Both the position numbers and the translations under genes were made by a program. Shown in pieces: positions 43,169 through 52,995 of a stretch of DNA of 64,000 bases. The stretch is from Vicinamibacterales bacterium (GTDB lineage Bacteria > Acidobacteriota > Vicinamibacteria > Vicinamibacterales > JAMQPK01), in the NCBI GenBank assembly GCA_963738315.1, contig CAVTVT010000004.1, positions 470,123 through 534,122 of the forward strand, written 5' to 3'. Under the pieces are notes generated by a model. That model had not been told where the DNA came from. It did no database searches and was given only the letters and a program-made list of their open reading frames with translations. The first letter of the stretch is position 1, and each line of letters begins with the position of its first letter.

Positions 43169-45331
43169 CTATTTCACTTGCAGCCCGCTCGACTGCGAGG
43201 CGGCCGCCAGGTTTCCGGCGGCGCCGTAGTAGCCGTATCCGTAGCCGCCGCTCTCCTGCTGGCCGCGGTTGAGCAGAATCCCGAGCACCTTGGCGCCCAC
43301 GCCGCGCAGCAGGCTCGTGGACTTCTGGACCAGCGCCTTCGGCGTCTTGCCGGCCTCCACGACCAGGAGCACGCCGTCCACCCGCGGCGACACGACGACG
43401 GCGTCGGTCACCGGCATGAGCGGCGGACCGTCGAGGATGATGAACTCGAAGTACCGTCCGAGAATCTCGAGCGCGCCCTGCATGCGGCTGGATCCGATCA
43501 GCTCCGGAGGATTCGGCGGCGTCGGGCCCGACGGGATGACGTACAGATTCGGAATGCCGGTGTCCTGGATCTCCGTGTTCAGGCTGCTCTGCCCCGACAG
43601 GTACCGGCTGATGCCCCGCGTCCTCGTCAGTTGAAAGAGCTGCGCGAGCCGCGGCTTGCGCATGTCGAGCTCGAGGAGCAGCGTGCGGGCGCCCGTCTGC
43701 GCGAGCGCCGTGGCGAGGTTCACCGCCGTCGTGGTCTTGCCCTCGCCGGAGACGGCGGAGGTCACGAGCACGGTGCTCGGGCGCGCGTCGGCGGAGGAGA
43801 ACAGCAGCGAGGTGCGCAGGGCGCGGTAGCTCTCCCAGTACACGTCGCTCGTCGATTCCAGGTTGGCGCCCACGCGTGTGATCTGATGCTGGCCGTCCAT
43901 GGGCACCAGCAGCCCGCCGGTCGCCTCGCTCCAGGACTTCTCGAACGCCGGAATCGATCCCATGAAGGGCAGCCGGAGGTCGCGCTCGATCTCCTCGGGC
44001 GACTTGACCGTGCGATCCAGGAAGTCGCTGCCCACGGCGAGCCCGACCGCGCACATCAGCCCCAGCAGCAGCCCCAGCGCGAAGTTGCGCGGGACGTTGG
44101 GCGAGAACGGCCGCCTGGGCACGAGCCCCCGATCGATGACGTGGATGTTCGCCGACTTCATGCCGGCCGAGACGTCGGTCTCTTTCAGCCGCTGCAGGAG
44201 GCCGTCGTGCAGCTGCCGATCCGTCTCCACCTCGCGCTTCAGGATGTTGTACTGGATCGACTCTTCGGAGAGCTGATCGAGCTGCTTGTTCTGATCCGCC
44301 AGCGCCGAGGCGACCCGCTGGCGGTGGGCCAGCGCGAGGTCGTATGCGAGCCTCGACTGCGCGGAGGCGTTCCGCGTCTCCTTGACGAGATCCTGCCGCG
44401 TCTCGGCGATCTCCTGCTGCAGGGCCTCCACTTCGGGCCACTTCGGCCCGAACTGCTGCGTCAGGGCCGCGTGCTTCTGGCGGAGACCCGCCAGGCGTCG
44501 CTCGAGATCCCGCATCGCGTCGCTCTTGAGCGCCTCGGGGAAGGCCTCCGGCGTGGCGTCCCTGAGGGCCTGGTGCTGGTTCTTCAGCAGCTCGGCCTCG
44601 ACCTGGGTCATCTCCTGGTTGAGATCCGAGAGCTTCTGGACCGCGATCTTCTCGGTCGGCTCGAGGATGCCGTGCGCCCGGCCGTACTCGGCGAGCTGCT
44701 GCTCGGACTGCTCGAGCTTCGCCTTGACCTTGAGCCGCTCCTGCTCCAGGAACTCGCGCGCGCGGCTGGTCGCCTCCCGCTTCACCTCGAAGCTGTACTC
44801 GACGTACTCGTCGGCGACCGCGTTGACGGCGGTGGCCGCGAACTGCGGGCTCGGAGAGGTGTAGCTCACCCGGACGATCTGCGACCGCTCCACCGGCAGC
44901 ACTTCCAGCGGGCCCAGGAAGCCGGTCGCCGCCGCGTTGAGATTCTTCGGATCGCTCGTCAGCTGCAGGCGCTGCACCACGCGGCGCGCCAGCACCTGGC
45001 TCTTCAGCACCTGGCTCTGCGTGCCCAGATACAGCGGGTTTTCGGTCAGGCTCGCAGACAGCGGCTGGTACGGCAGCACGTTCTGTTCCGGATCGATCTG
45101 GATCCTGACCGAAGACTTGTAGAGCGGCTTCGTGCTGAAGGTCCACAGCGCGGTGGCGGCCAGGAAGAACGCGACCACGGCCGCGATGAACCACTTGCGC
45201 CGCAGGATCACCTGCAGGTAGCGGTGGATCTCGCTCTGCTTCCCGTCGAGATAGTCGTCGACCCAGATGGCCTGGGGCTGCGGTTCGTAGGCCACCGGAG
45301 GACGGGCGTCGCGTTTGATCAGGTCCGACAT
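43169..45331 (-). CDS. wzc: Polysaccharide co-polymerase / BY tyrosine autokinase
   Basis: Two TMs around a coiled coil, ESYRALRT, SGEGKTT, DMRKP, LDGPP, C-terminal GYGYGYY cluster. Confidence 0.93.
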   Translation of the reverse strand: MSDLIKRDARPPVAYEPQPQAIWVDDYLDGKQSEIHRYLQVILRRKWFIAAVVAFFLAATALWTFSTKPLYKSSVRIQIDPEQNVLPYQPLSASLTENPLYLGTQSQVLKSQVLARRVVQRLQLTSDPKNLNAAATGFLGPLEVLPVERSQIVRVSYTSPSPQFAATAVNAVADEYVEYSFEVKREATSRAREFLEQERLKVKAKLEQSEQQLAEYGRAHGILEPTEKIAVQKLSDLNQEMTQVEAELLKNQHQALRDATPEAFPEALKSDAMRDLERRLAGLRQKHAALTQQFGPKWPEVEALQQEIAETRQDLVKETRNASAQSRLAYDLALAHRQRVASALADQNKQLDQLSEESIQYNILKREVETDRQLHDGLLQRLKETDVSAGMKSANIHVIDRGLVPRRPFSPNVPRNFALGLLLGLMCAVGLAVGSDFLDRTVKSPEEIERDLRLPFMGSIPAFEKSWSEATGGLLVPMDGQHQITRVGANLESTSDVYWESYRALRTSLLFSSADARPSTVLVTSAVSGEGKTTTAVNLATALAQTGARTLLLELDMRKPRLAQLFQLTRTRGISRYLSGQSSLNTEIQDTGIPNLYVIPSGPTPPNPPELIGSSRMQGALEILGRYFEFIILDGPPLMPVTDAVVVSPRVDGVLLVVEAGKTPKALVQKSTSLLRGVGAKVLGILLNRGQQESGGYGYGYYGAAGNLAAASQSSGLQVK

Positions 45332-45939
45332 GAACGTCTGAGCTCTGGATACCGCGGTTTGCTGAACAGCGCGAAGATGGTCTGCGCCAGAATCATGAGG
45401 TCGCTCGACAGGGTCCGCCGCGACAGGTAATCCAGCTCGATCTGCAGCTTGCGCGGCAGGATCTCGCGCCGGTAGGTCGCCTCCCAGTCGGGTCCGGTGA
45501 GCATCTGCTCTTCGTGCCGGTGCAGGAGCGTGGCCAGGCTGGTGATGCCCGGCCTCACTCGGAGCACCTGCCGCTCGTCCGCTGAGTAGTACTTTACATA
45601 TTCCGGATCCTCGGGTCGAGGTCCGACGAGGCTCATCTCGCCCTTGAGCGTGTTCACCAGCTGGGGCAGCTCGTCCAGCTTCGACCGTCGCAGGAGCCGG
45701 CCGACGCGCGTGATCCGCGCATCTCCGCTGGCCGTGATCCGCGGCCCCCGCGCCGCCGCATCGGCCACCATCGTCCGGAATTTGTACAACTCGAACAGCC
45801 GGCCGTTCCGGCCGACGCGCCGCGCCCGGTAGAGGACCGGCCCCCGCGAGCCCGCCTTCACGGCGAGGGCAATCAGGAGCATGAGCGGGCTCAGCACGGC
45901 CAGCCCGACGACCGACACGCTAACGTCCAGCCAGCGCAT
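45319..45939 (-). CDS. Initiating undecaprenyl-phosphate phosphoglycosyl transferase (small PglC/WcaJ-type)
   Basis: KFRTM, LRRSKLDELPQL, GEMSLVGPRPE, RPGITS. Confidence 0.92.
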   Translation of the reverse strand: MRWLDVSVSVVGLAVLSPLMLLIALAVKAGSRGPVLYRARRVGRNGRLFELYKFRTMVADAAARGPRITASGDARITRVGRLLRRSKLDELPQLVNTLKGEMSLVGPRPEDPEYVKYYSADERQVLRVRPGITSLATLLHRHEEQMLTGPDWEATYRREILPRKLQIELDYLSRRTLSSDLMILAQTIFALFSKPRYPELRRSCRT

Positions 45940-47241
45940 AGGAAGCCGAGGGACGCGTGCGCGCGATGTCCAGGACGGCGTCGATCACCTGTTCGACGTC
46001 CTCGTCGGTCATGCGGCTGTAAATCGGCAGCGAGATCTCGCGCCGGTATTCGCGGTAGGCGACCGGGAAGTCGTCGGGCCGGTAGCCGTACACGGTCTCG
46101 TAGTACGGGTGCACGTGGAGCGGGATGAAGTGGACGCTCGAGCTGATGTTCCGATCCTTGAGCTCCTGGATGAACTGCTCGCGGCTGATGCCGAGCGCCT
46201 CCTCGCGCACGCGGATCATGTAGAGGTGCCAGGCATGCCCCACGCCGTCGCGCTCGACGGGCGTCTCGAGCCCGGGCTCGCCGGTGAAGGCGGCGGTGTA
46301 GCGGGCCGCGATCTCGGCGCGGCGCCGGCGCATCCGGTCGAGCTTCCTGAGCTGCGCCAGGCCGAGCGCGGCCAGCAAGATCCGGCATGTTGTACTTGTA
46401 GCCGGGCGCCATGATCTCGTAGTACCAGCTGCCTTCGGCGGTGTACCGCTTCCAGGCGTCCTTGCTGATGCCGTGCAGGCTCATGATGCGGAACCGGTCC
46501 GCCTGCTCCTCGCTGTCGGTCGGTGATCATCCCGCCTTCGCCGGTGGCCAGCGTCTTGGTGGCGTAGAACGAGAAGCACGCCGCCCAGGGCACGCCGCCG
46601 CCAATCGGGGCGCCCACGGGACGTCCGTTGAACGACGCCGAGCAGGCGTGGGCCGCATCCTCGACCACCGCGAGCCCGTGCGCGCCGGCCGCCGACACGA
46701 TGGCGTCCATGTCGCAGGGATGCCCCGCCATGTGCACCGGGATGATCGCCTTGCCGGCGCCGCGATACACGTTCCTGCTCCGCCGCCCCTGCCGAGGCCG
46801 CGCCGACCGCTCGAGCGCCCGCCCGACCGCCAGCGTGCGCGGCTTCCGCCCCTCGTGGAGGCACCGGTTGAGATCCGCGATGGTGTCGGTGAGCGCGGCG
46901 GGATCGATGTTGAACGTGTCCGCCTGCACGTCGACGAAGATCGGCACGGCGTCGAAGTAGCGGATCACTTCCGCGGTGGCGGCGAACGTGTAAGGCGTCG
47001 TGAACACGAAATCGCCGGGCCGCACGCCGATCGCCTCGAGCGCCAGGTGCATCGCCGCCGTGCAGGAGCTCACCGCGACCGCGTATTTCGCCCCGACGAG
47101 ATCGGCGAACGCCTGCTCGAACTGTCTCGTCTTCGGACCGGTCGTGATCCAGCCGGAGTCGAGCACCTCCCGGATTTCGTTGAGCTCGTCGCCGCCGAGA
47201 TCCGGCAGCGCGAACGGCAGCAGCGTGGTCCGCCTGGTCAC
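45920..47241 (-). CDS. DegT/DnrJ/EryC1/StrS sugar aminotransferase (frameshifts near 46515 and 46380)
   Basis: SGWITTGPK, SSCTAAMHL, EDAAHA, SFYATKTLATGEGG, GYKYNM, ISLPIY. Confidence 0.92.
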
Positions 47242-47690
47242 CGGGCGCCTCCCTCGCGGGGATCCTGGCGCGGCGCCGGCGAGGCGCCCGACTCTTTCTG
47301 CGACCTCTCCGCTTCGGCGATCTGCTCGAGCAACTGCTGGAACCCGCCTTCTCCCTCGGGTCGAATGAACGTGGAGAACGCTTCAGCGCCGGTCCGCACG
47401 GGTGCCTCGAAATGGATCTGGGAGAAGCGGCTGCGGCAGGTCCCGCACCGGTACGGCGGCAGGCCCATCCTGACGAGCAGGCTCTGCAGCCACGCCCTCG
47501 AGCTCAAACGGTGCGCCTGCGCGCCGCAGTGCGGACACCTGATCCACTCCCCCTTCACGACGGTCAGCGGCCTGTCCACTGCGGCGGCGGGCTGGCCGAA
47601 ATGGGGAGCCCGCAGCGGCGGCTGGGCGGTGGTCGGGGTGGCCGTGCCGAACGCCTTCGCGCGTTCGAGGGCCTGATGAATTCTTGTCAT
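47238..47690 (-). CDS. Small Zn-ribbon protein, first gene of the polysaccharide operon
   Basis: CPHCG...PYRCGTC; stop overlaps the DegT start. Confidence 0.6.
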   Translation of the reverse strand: MTRIHQALERAKAFGTATPTTAQPPLRAPHFGQPAAAVDRPLTVVKGEWIRCPHCGAQAHRLSSRAWLQSLLVRMGLPPYRCGTCRSRFSQIHFEAPVRTGAEAFSTFIRPEGEGGFQQLLEQIAEAERSQKESGASPAPRQDPREGGAR

Positions 47691-47702
47691 ATGCGAGGTG
47701 TG

Positions 47703-47728
47703 GACACACCTTCGGCCTCTCACTTACA
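47703..47728 (-). promoter_or_regulatory. Conserved leader element, copy 2
   Basis: TGTAAGTGAGAGGCCGAAGGTGTGTC, 12 nt upstream of the ATG at 47690. Confidence 0.6.
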
Positions 47729-47805
47729 ACCGGACGCACCGGAGAACGACCGCCGCCTAGGTCTGCGGGGGTGCTCCCCGGACGCGGAGAGCTCACCCCG
47801 GCAAC

Positions 47806-47821
47806 AGCAAAAGTTGTGCGC
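47806..47821 (-). promoter_or_regulatory. Degenerate sigma54-like promoter
   Basis: GCGCACAACTTTTGCT resembles TGGCAC-N5-TTGC(A/T), but the -24 GG reads CG. Confidence 0.35.
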
Positions 47822-48107
47822 GCCCCGCATGGCAACGACCAGAGCCTCGGCAACGCGCTGCAGGGTAGGGACTTACACAGTCATTGCACAGAGAGAACGA
47901 TGTCCAGAACGGCGGATGTTATCTGCTGGGCCGTTGGAAAAAGTGGCCCCTGGAGAGGATTAAGTTGGCCGGGCCGGGCGAAGAACCAGACTTTGCCTGA
48001 AGTTACTGAAAATACATCACTTATACAAGACCGTAACGGTCCCGCGGCCCGCCCGTTTTCGCCTGCGCCATACCGGGCCCCCCCCGGAGGCCGCCGATCC
48101 CGCTCCC

Positions 48108-49133
48108 TCACTCCCCCGCCGGGGAGAGCACGACGTCCACCACGAGCGCCGCATGATCGCCGCCAAAACGGTCGGCCAGCACACGCGCCCCGGCGCATCG
48201 GAGCTCTTTCGACATGAGCACGTGATCGATCCGGATGCCGAACAGGCTCGTGAACTTCGTATGTCCGAATCCGACGCCGCAGCTAGAGAAGCCGTTCCGA
48301 AGATCGCCCCAGTTCGCCCGGTAGATGGCACTCTCCACCGGCATGTTGAAGTCGCCCACCACCAGAAATGGCTCGCCGCCGGGCTCGAGCCACATGCGGG
48401 TGCGCTGCGATTCCCACTCTGCTTCGGCACGGTTCCTCGCGAAGGCCAACATGGCGTGGCGACGGCCGCGAAGGACCTGCTGGAGCCCTCTCCGGATGGT
48501 GGCGAAATGGACGTTCAGCAGACGCATATGCCCGGCGGGGGTGGCGATGTCGAACCAGTCCGGCTCGATCGGTCCGTCCGGGCCCCCCTCCTCTCCCGCC
48601 ATCCCTCCGTAGAGCCGCGCGGCGGGGGGCGCCGGCAACGCGGTGATCCTGTAGCGGCTGGCCAGGCAGAGATCGTCGCCGCGAGAGTAGAAATACCAGC
48701 CGCGGTGCGCCATGCCGTCGTTCGAGAGCGGGCACTCCTGCAAGGCGGCCACGTCGATGCCTTCGGTCCGCATCACACGGTCGAGGGCGCTCACCGTGAC
48801 CTGTCCTTCTCCGACGTTGTGGGTCATGACGCGAAGCACCACCGGCGCGCTCACGCGTGACAGACCCAGCCGGAAGTCCATGAAGCCGAAGAGCAGGACG
48901 GCCGCGGCGGCGGCCGCCGGGATCGCCATCTGCAGCCGCGTCCGGCCGCGCGCCAGGACGGCCGCGGCACACAGGGGAATCAACGGCACAGCCGCCAGCC
49001 ACCGCGGTCCGAAGGCGATGATCGTCGCGGGCCAGGCCCGGTCGGCCCACAGATCGATGCTCAGCCAGAGCAGAACAGCGAAGCCGGCATAGCCGAAAGC
49101 CAGCCGTCTGCCCCAGCTCGAAGTCATCTCCAT
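48108..49133 (-). CDS. Membrane-anchored endonuclease/exonuclease/phosphatase family protein
   Basis: Three N-terminal TMs, MTHNV, ALQE, VGDFN, RIDHV, GGDH. Confidence 0.88.
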   Translation of the reverse strand: MEMTSSWGRRLAFGYAGFAVLLWLSIDLWADRAWPATIIAFGPRWLAAVPLIPLCAAAVLARGRTRLQMAIPAAAAAAVLLFGFMDFRLGLSRVSAPVVLRVMTHNVGEGQVTVSALDRVMRTEGIDVAALQECPLSNDGMAHRGWYFYSRGDDLCLASRYRITALPAPPAARLYGGMAGEEGGPDGPIEPDWFDIATPAGHMRLLNVHFATIRRGLQQVLRGRRHAMLAFARNRAEAEWESQRTRMWLEPGGEPFLVVGDFNMPVESAIYRANWGDLRNGFSSCGVGFGHTKFTSLFGIRIDHVLMSKELRCAGARVLADRFGGDHAALVVDVVLSPAGE

Positions 49134-49201
49134 GCGAGGGTAGCACGCCTCCCGGCGCGGGCGCTGGCATGCGGCCGTCCGTACACGTCACAATGACGCC
49201 G

Positions 49202-49966
49202 ATGGACGGCTTCGTCGATCTCCACACCCACGTCCTCCACGGCCTCGACGATGGCGCGAAGACGCGTGACGACAGTCTGGAGATGCTGCGCATCGCCGAG
49301 GCGAACGGCACCACCGATCTGGTGGCGACGCCGCACGCCAACAGCCGCTTCACGTTCGACCCGGCGCTCATCGACCGGCGCATCGCGGAGCTCGCGCCGC
49401 ACACCGGCGTGCGCCTGCACCGCGGCTGCGACTTCCACCTGCACGTCAGCAATATCGAGGACGCGCTGGCGAACCCCGGCAAGTACACGATCGACCACGG
49501 CCCGTACCTGCTGGTCGAGCTGCCGGCGACGGTCGTGCCGAGCGGCACCGATCGCATCCTGATGCAGCTCCTCGACGCCGGCATGCTGCCCATCGTCACG
49601 CATCCCGAGCGGAACGGCCACCTGCAGCGGCACACCGGCGACCTCGTGAGATGGATTGGCCTGGGCTGTGCGGTGCAGGTCACGGCGGCGTCGCTCACGG
49701 GCCTCTTCGGCCGCGCGGCCCGCGCCTCGGCTCACGCGCTCGTCAAAGCGGGGCTGGCGCACTTCGTCGCCAGCGATGCGCACGACGCCGAAGTGCGCAC
49801 GCCGAGTCTGCGCGAGGCGTACGCGTGCCTGATCGATCTGTTCGAGGAGGATCGCGTGAGGGCGCTATTCGTGGAGAACCCGCGCGCGGTGCTGGAAGGG
49901 GACGAGCTCGACGTCGACGCGCCGCCGCCCGCCGCGAGGAAGCGGCGCTGGTATCAGTTCTGGTGA
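49202..49966 (+). CDS. PHP-family protein tyrosine phosphatase (CpsB/CapC/YwqE type)
   Basis: DLHTHVL..DDG, ATPH, THPERN, ASDAH; likely partner of Wzc. Confidence 0.92.
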   Translation: MDGFVDLHTHVLHGLDDGAKTRDDSLEMLRIAEANGTTDLVATPHANSRFTFDPALIDRRIAELAPHTGVRLHRGCDFHLHVSNIEDALANPGKYTIDHGPYLLVELPATVVPSGTDRILMQLLDAGMLPIVTHPERNGHLQRHTGDLVRWIGLGCAVQVTAASLTGLFGRAARASAHALVKAGLAHFVASDAHDAEVRTPSLREAYACLIDLFEEDRVRALFVENPRAVLEGDELDVDAPPPAARKRRWYQFW

Positions 49967-50307
49967 GCGTCGGGGTGGATGGGCCGCCAGTCGTGGTACT
50001 GGAGGCGGCAGGCGTCGCACCGGACGAGCGGCGCGCCGGAGAGCGCGGCGAGGCTGCTGAGCGGATGCCGTGAGACCGAATCGATGTGATCGCGCTTGCG
50101 GCTCCGCTTCACGTGCACACTGCCGCACCGGACGCAGTGCGTATGCGTGGCCAGGACGAACCTGACGCCCGGGCGATCGAACAGGCGGCGGGTCTTCTTC
50201 GTCCGGCCGCAGCTCGAGCAGCGGAAGACGCGGCTGTACAGCAGCTTGTCGAACCAGCTCCGGCGGCGCCTCGCCATGGCGCCCCCGCAGCCCGGGCACA
50301 CGGGCAT
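49954..50307 (-). CDS. Small basic double Zn-ribbon protein
   Basis: CPGC..CSSC and CVRC..CDAC; Arg-rich. Confidence 0.6.
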   Translation of the reverse strand: MPVCPGCGGAMARRRRSWFDKLLYSRVFRCSSCGRTKKTRRLFDRPGVRFVLATHTHCVRCGSVHVKRSRKRDHIDSVSRHPLSSLAALSGAPLVRCDACRLQYHDWRPIHPDAHQN

Positions 50308-50324
50308 GGTGGAGGGGCAGGAGT

Positions 50325-50971
50325 TTACCTCGTTTTTACAGGGAAGCCAGCCCAGGCGTTGAGCACGCCGAACCACTCCTTCGAGACCGCGTTCGCGTCC
50401 TGGGTGGTCTTCCACCACCGGCCCGGCTGGAACGGGTCGCGGCGGGCGAAGCGCACCATCAGCGAGGGCGTCGCGCCGACCAGCACGCCCCAGAGCACCT
50501 TCACGCGGCGCGTGTGATATTTCGAGGTCACCACGATCGCGCGCTCGCCGCCGGCGCGCCGCAGCTCGGCGGCAATCGCCTGCACCTCTTCCGCGGTGTT
50601 CTTCGTGTAGCCGGGCAGCACCCGGATCGCGCCGGCCGGCACGTCGAGCCGCTCCAGCACCCGGCGGCTGGAACTGGTACTCCGGCACCCGCGGCACGGC
50701 GAGATCCGACAGCGCCGCGTCCTCCGCGTCTGTACGCGCCCCGCGTGAGCCACACCTCGGGAGCCAGCCGCTGCCCGTAGATGGCCGCCGCCTCCATCGC
50801 GCGGAACGGCACGCCCCCGGCGAGCACGACGATCGCCCGGGCCGGCTGGAGCGTGTCGGCCACGATGAGCCATCTGGCGGCGGCGGTGAGGGCCAGCGGC
50901 GTCACGAGACAGAGGCCCAGGAGCACAACCGCGCCGGCCAGGAGCCGCCGAACGGACGCCGGGAACGTCAA
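50325..50971 (-). CDS. YdcF/DUF218 family protein (frameshifted near 50700)
   Basis: N-terminal TM, AIVVLAGG..R, NTAEE, VVTSKYHTRR, SKEW. Confidence 0.82.
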
Positions 50972-50979
50972 GGCGCCGG

Positions 50980-51150
50980 CTACTTCGCCGATGTTCGCTT
51001 GGTGTTGCCGGGGGGCGGCGGCTGGCCGTCCTTGGCTCCCTTGTTGCCGACCGCACTGGTGACATCCGCCAGGTTCCCGTAGATCCGGAACTGCGGACGG
51101 CCGTACTGCTCGCCCCGGGCGGGTGGATTACGCGATTCCTCTGCGCTCAT
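50980..51150 (-). CDS. Lasso peptide precursor (56 aa)
   Basis: AGGAGG RBS; leader YGRPQFRIYGNLADVT fits YxxPxL(F)xxxGxxxxxT; Thr at -2; core AVGNKGAKD.. has Asp at position 9; overlaps the cyclase stop. Confidence 0.88.
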   Translation of the reverse strand: MSAEESRNPPARGEQYGRPQFRIYGNLADVTSAVGNKGAKDGQPPPPGNTKRTSAK

Positions 51151-52995
51151 GTGTGTCTGCCTCCTCCTGATTGCCGCCGGCGCTCTCGAGCTGCGAGAGC
51201 CACCGGCCCAGCACGCCGAACCGGAACCTCGCGCCGGCATCGCTGGGGTTCAGCGCCGATTCTTCTGTCATCTTCTTCACGTCGCCGTACTCCGCGAGCC
51301 GTGCCACGGGCCGGAGTGCGGCCCCCTGGCGGCCCGGCTGCGCCAGCACCGGGTCCCGGCCGAGCGGTGTCTTGCGCCGCGTGCGGACGGCTTCCGGCAG
51401 TGCGCCCCTCAGCGCCTCGCGCAGCAGGTGCTTCCGGCGGCACCAGGGCAGCGCCGGCACCCGCAGCATGAACCTCAACAGCCGGATGTCGAGGTAGGGA
51501 TGGCGCACCTCGATCGGCGCGCCGGTATAGGCCGGCTCCAGCGATTCAAACAGCGACTGCCAGAGCGGCGTCAGCATCGACGCGTAGCCGCGCGGCCGCA
51601 CCGGATGCGCGGAAACGGTGTCGCGGCACCAGTCGCTCCAGCGCCGTTCGAGCTCGAGGCGCGAGACGAGCTCTGGACGAAGCCAGTCGGGAAACCTCGT
51701 CCCGTCCCCACCGGCGGCGCCGCCGCCATTGCCGAAGAGGCGCGGCACCATCCCGGCGAGCGGAAGCCGCCGGTGCGCGCGCAGGTGCCGCGCGCCGTCG
51801 GCCGCCAGGCGCCCCCATCGCTTGCCCGCGACGAGATGCCGCACGTACGGCTGCCATTCGTACAGGAGCGCGTTGTCCGGCCCTTCGCCGTAGAAGACGA
51901 CCCGCCCCTGCGCGGCGACGTCGGCGTAGAACGGCTTCGCGGCGCCCGCGTGCACGGCCGACTCGAGCGGCTCCGGCGTCGGCGCCTGCGCCTCCGCATG
52001 CGCCGACGGAGCATCGTCGGCCACCCAGGACCGGATCGGAATGCCGAGGTGCCGGGCCACCATGCCCGCATAGTGCCCTTCCGTGTCGGGCATCAGCCGG
52101 GTGTAGATCGACGTGAACGCCTTCACCGGGTGCGCGGCCGGGCCGTGCCGCAGCAGCCGGGCGGCCGTCGCGGCGAGACCCGGCGAGTCGAGGCCGCCGC
52201 TCATGAACACCGACACCCGCCCGGTGCGCAGGCGATCGGCGACGGCCGTGTCGACGAGCTCGCGGAACTCGTCCACGTAGTCGCGGCTGCGGCGGTAGAA
52301 GAGCGGCTCCTCGATCGGCAGCGTCCAGTATCGGCTGCAGGCCCACACCCTGCGAGGCCGACCACCTGAGCGCGTGCGCCGGCGGCAGCCGCTGGATGTC
52401 GGCGAACGAGGTCGTCGCGAGCTCCTGGTTGTCGCCGAACAGCAGGAAGTCGGCGATGGCGAGATCGTTCAGCCGCGACGAGACGCCGGGGTGGCGCCGC
52501 AGGCACTCGATCGAGCTCGCGACGGCGACCGCCGATCCCAGCCGCGCGTAGTAGAGCGGCTTCACCCCCATCTGGTCGCGGGCGCAGAAGAGCGTCCGCC
52601 GGCGCGCGTCCCAGACGGCGAAGGCGAAGTCTCCCAGCAGGCGGTCGACGCATCGCTCGCGCCATCGCATGTAGGCGTGCAGCAGCAGCGCGGCATCGGA
52701 CGCTCCCGTATCGGCCGAGGCGCCGGCGCTCCGAAGCGCGCGCACCAGATGGCGGCGATCGTCCACGCGCGCGTCGGCCACGATCCAGGTGCTGCCGTCG
52801 ATCGTCAGCGGCTGGCGGTCGTGGCCCGCTTCGGCGCCGGTCGCCAGGAGCGCGTGCCCGAGCGCCACGCCGTCGCCGATCCAGACCTGCTGCCGATCCG
52901 GTCCTCTCGAGGCGAGCGCGCCAGTGAGGTCCGCGGGCCAGCTCCGGATCGGCCGGCGCGCCATCGGTCTCGAGCAGCGCCAGGATGCCGCTCAT
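51128..52995 (-). CDS. Lasso peptide cyclase (C protein; frameshifts near 52940 and 52350)
   Basis: MSGI start without Ntn Cys, GDFAFAVWD, ARDQMGVKPLYY, MSGGLDS, GEGPD, EVRHPYLD. Confidence 0.88.

Noticed and set aside
47745-47757. ops-like GGCGGTCG in the operon leader
   Set aside because: One mismatch in a short GC-rich word is expected by chance, and it is absent from the other leader.
51151-51240. 30-residue N-terminal extension of the lasso precursor ORF
   Set aside because: Lies within the cyclase gene; the strong RBS sits before the ATG at 51150.
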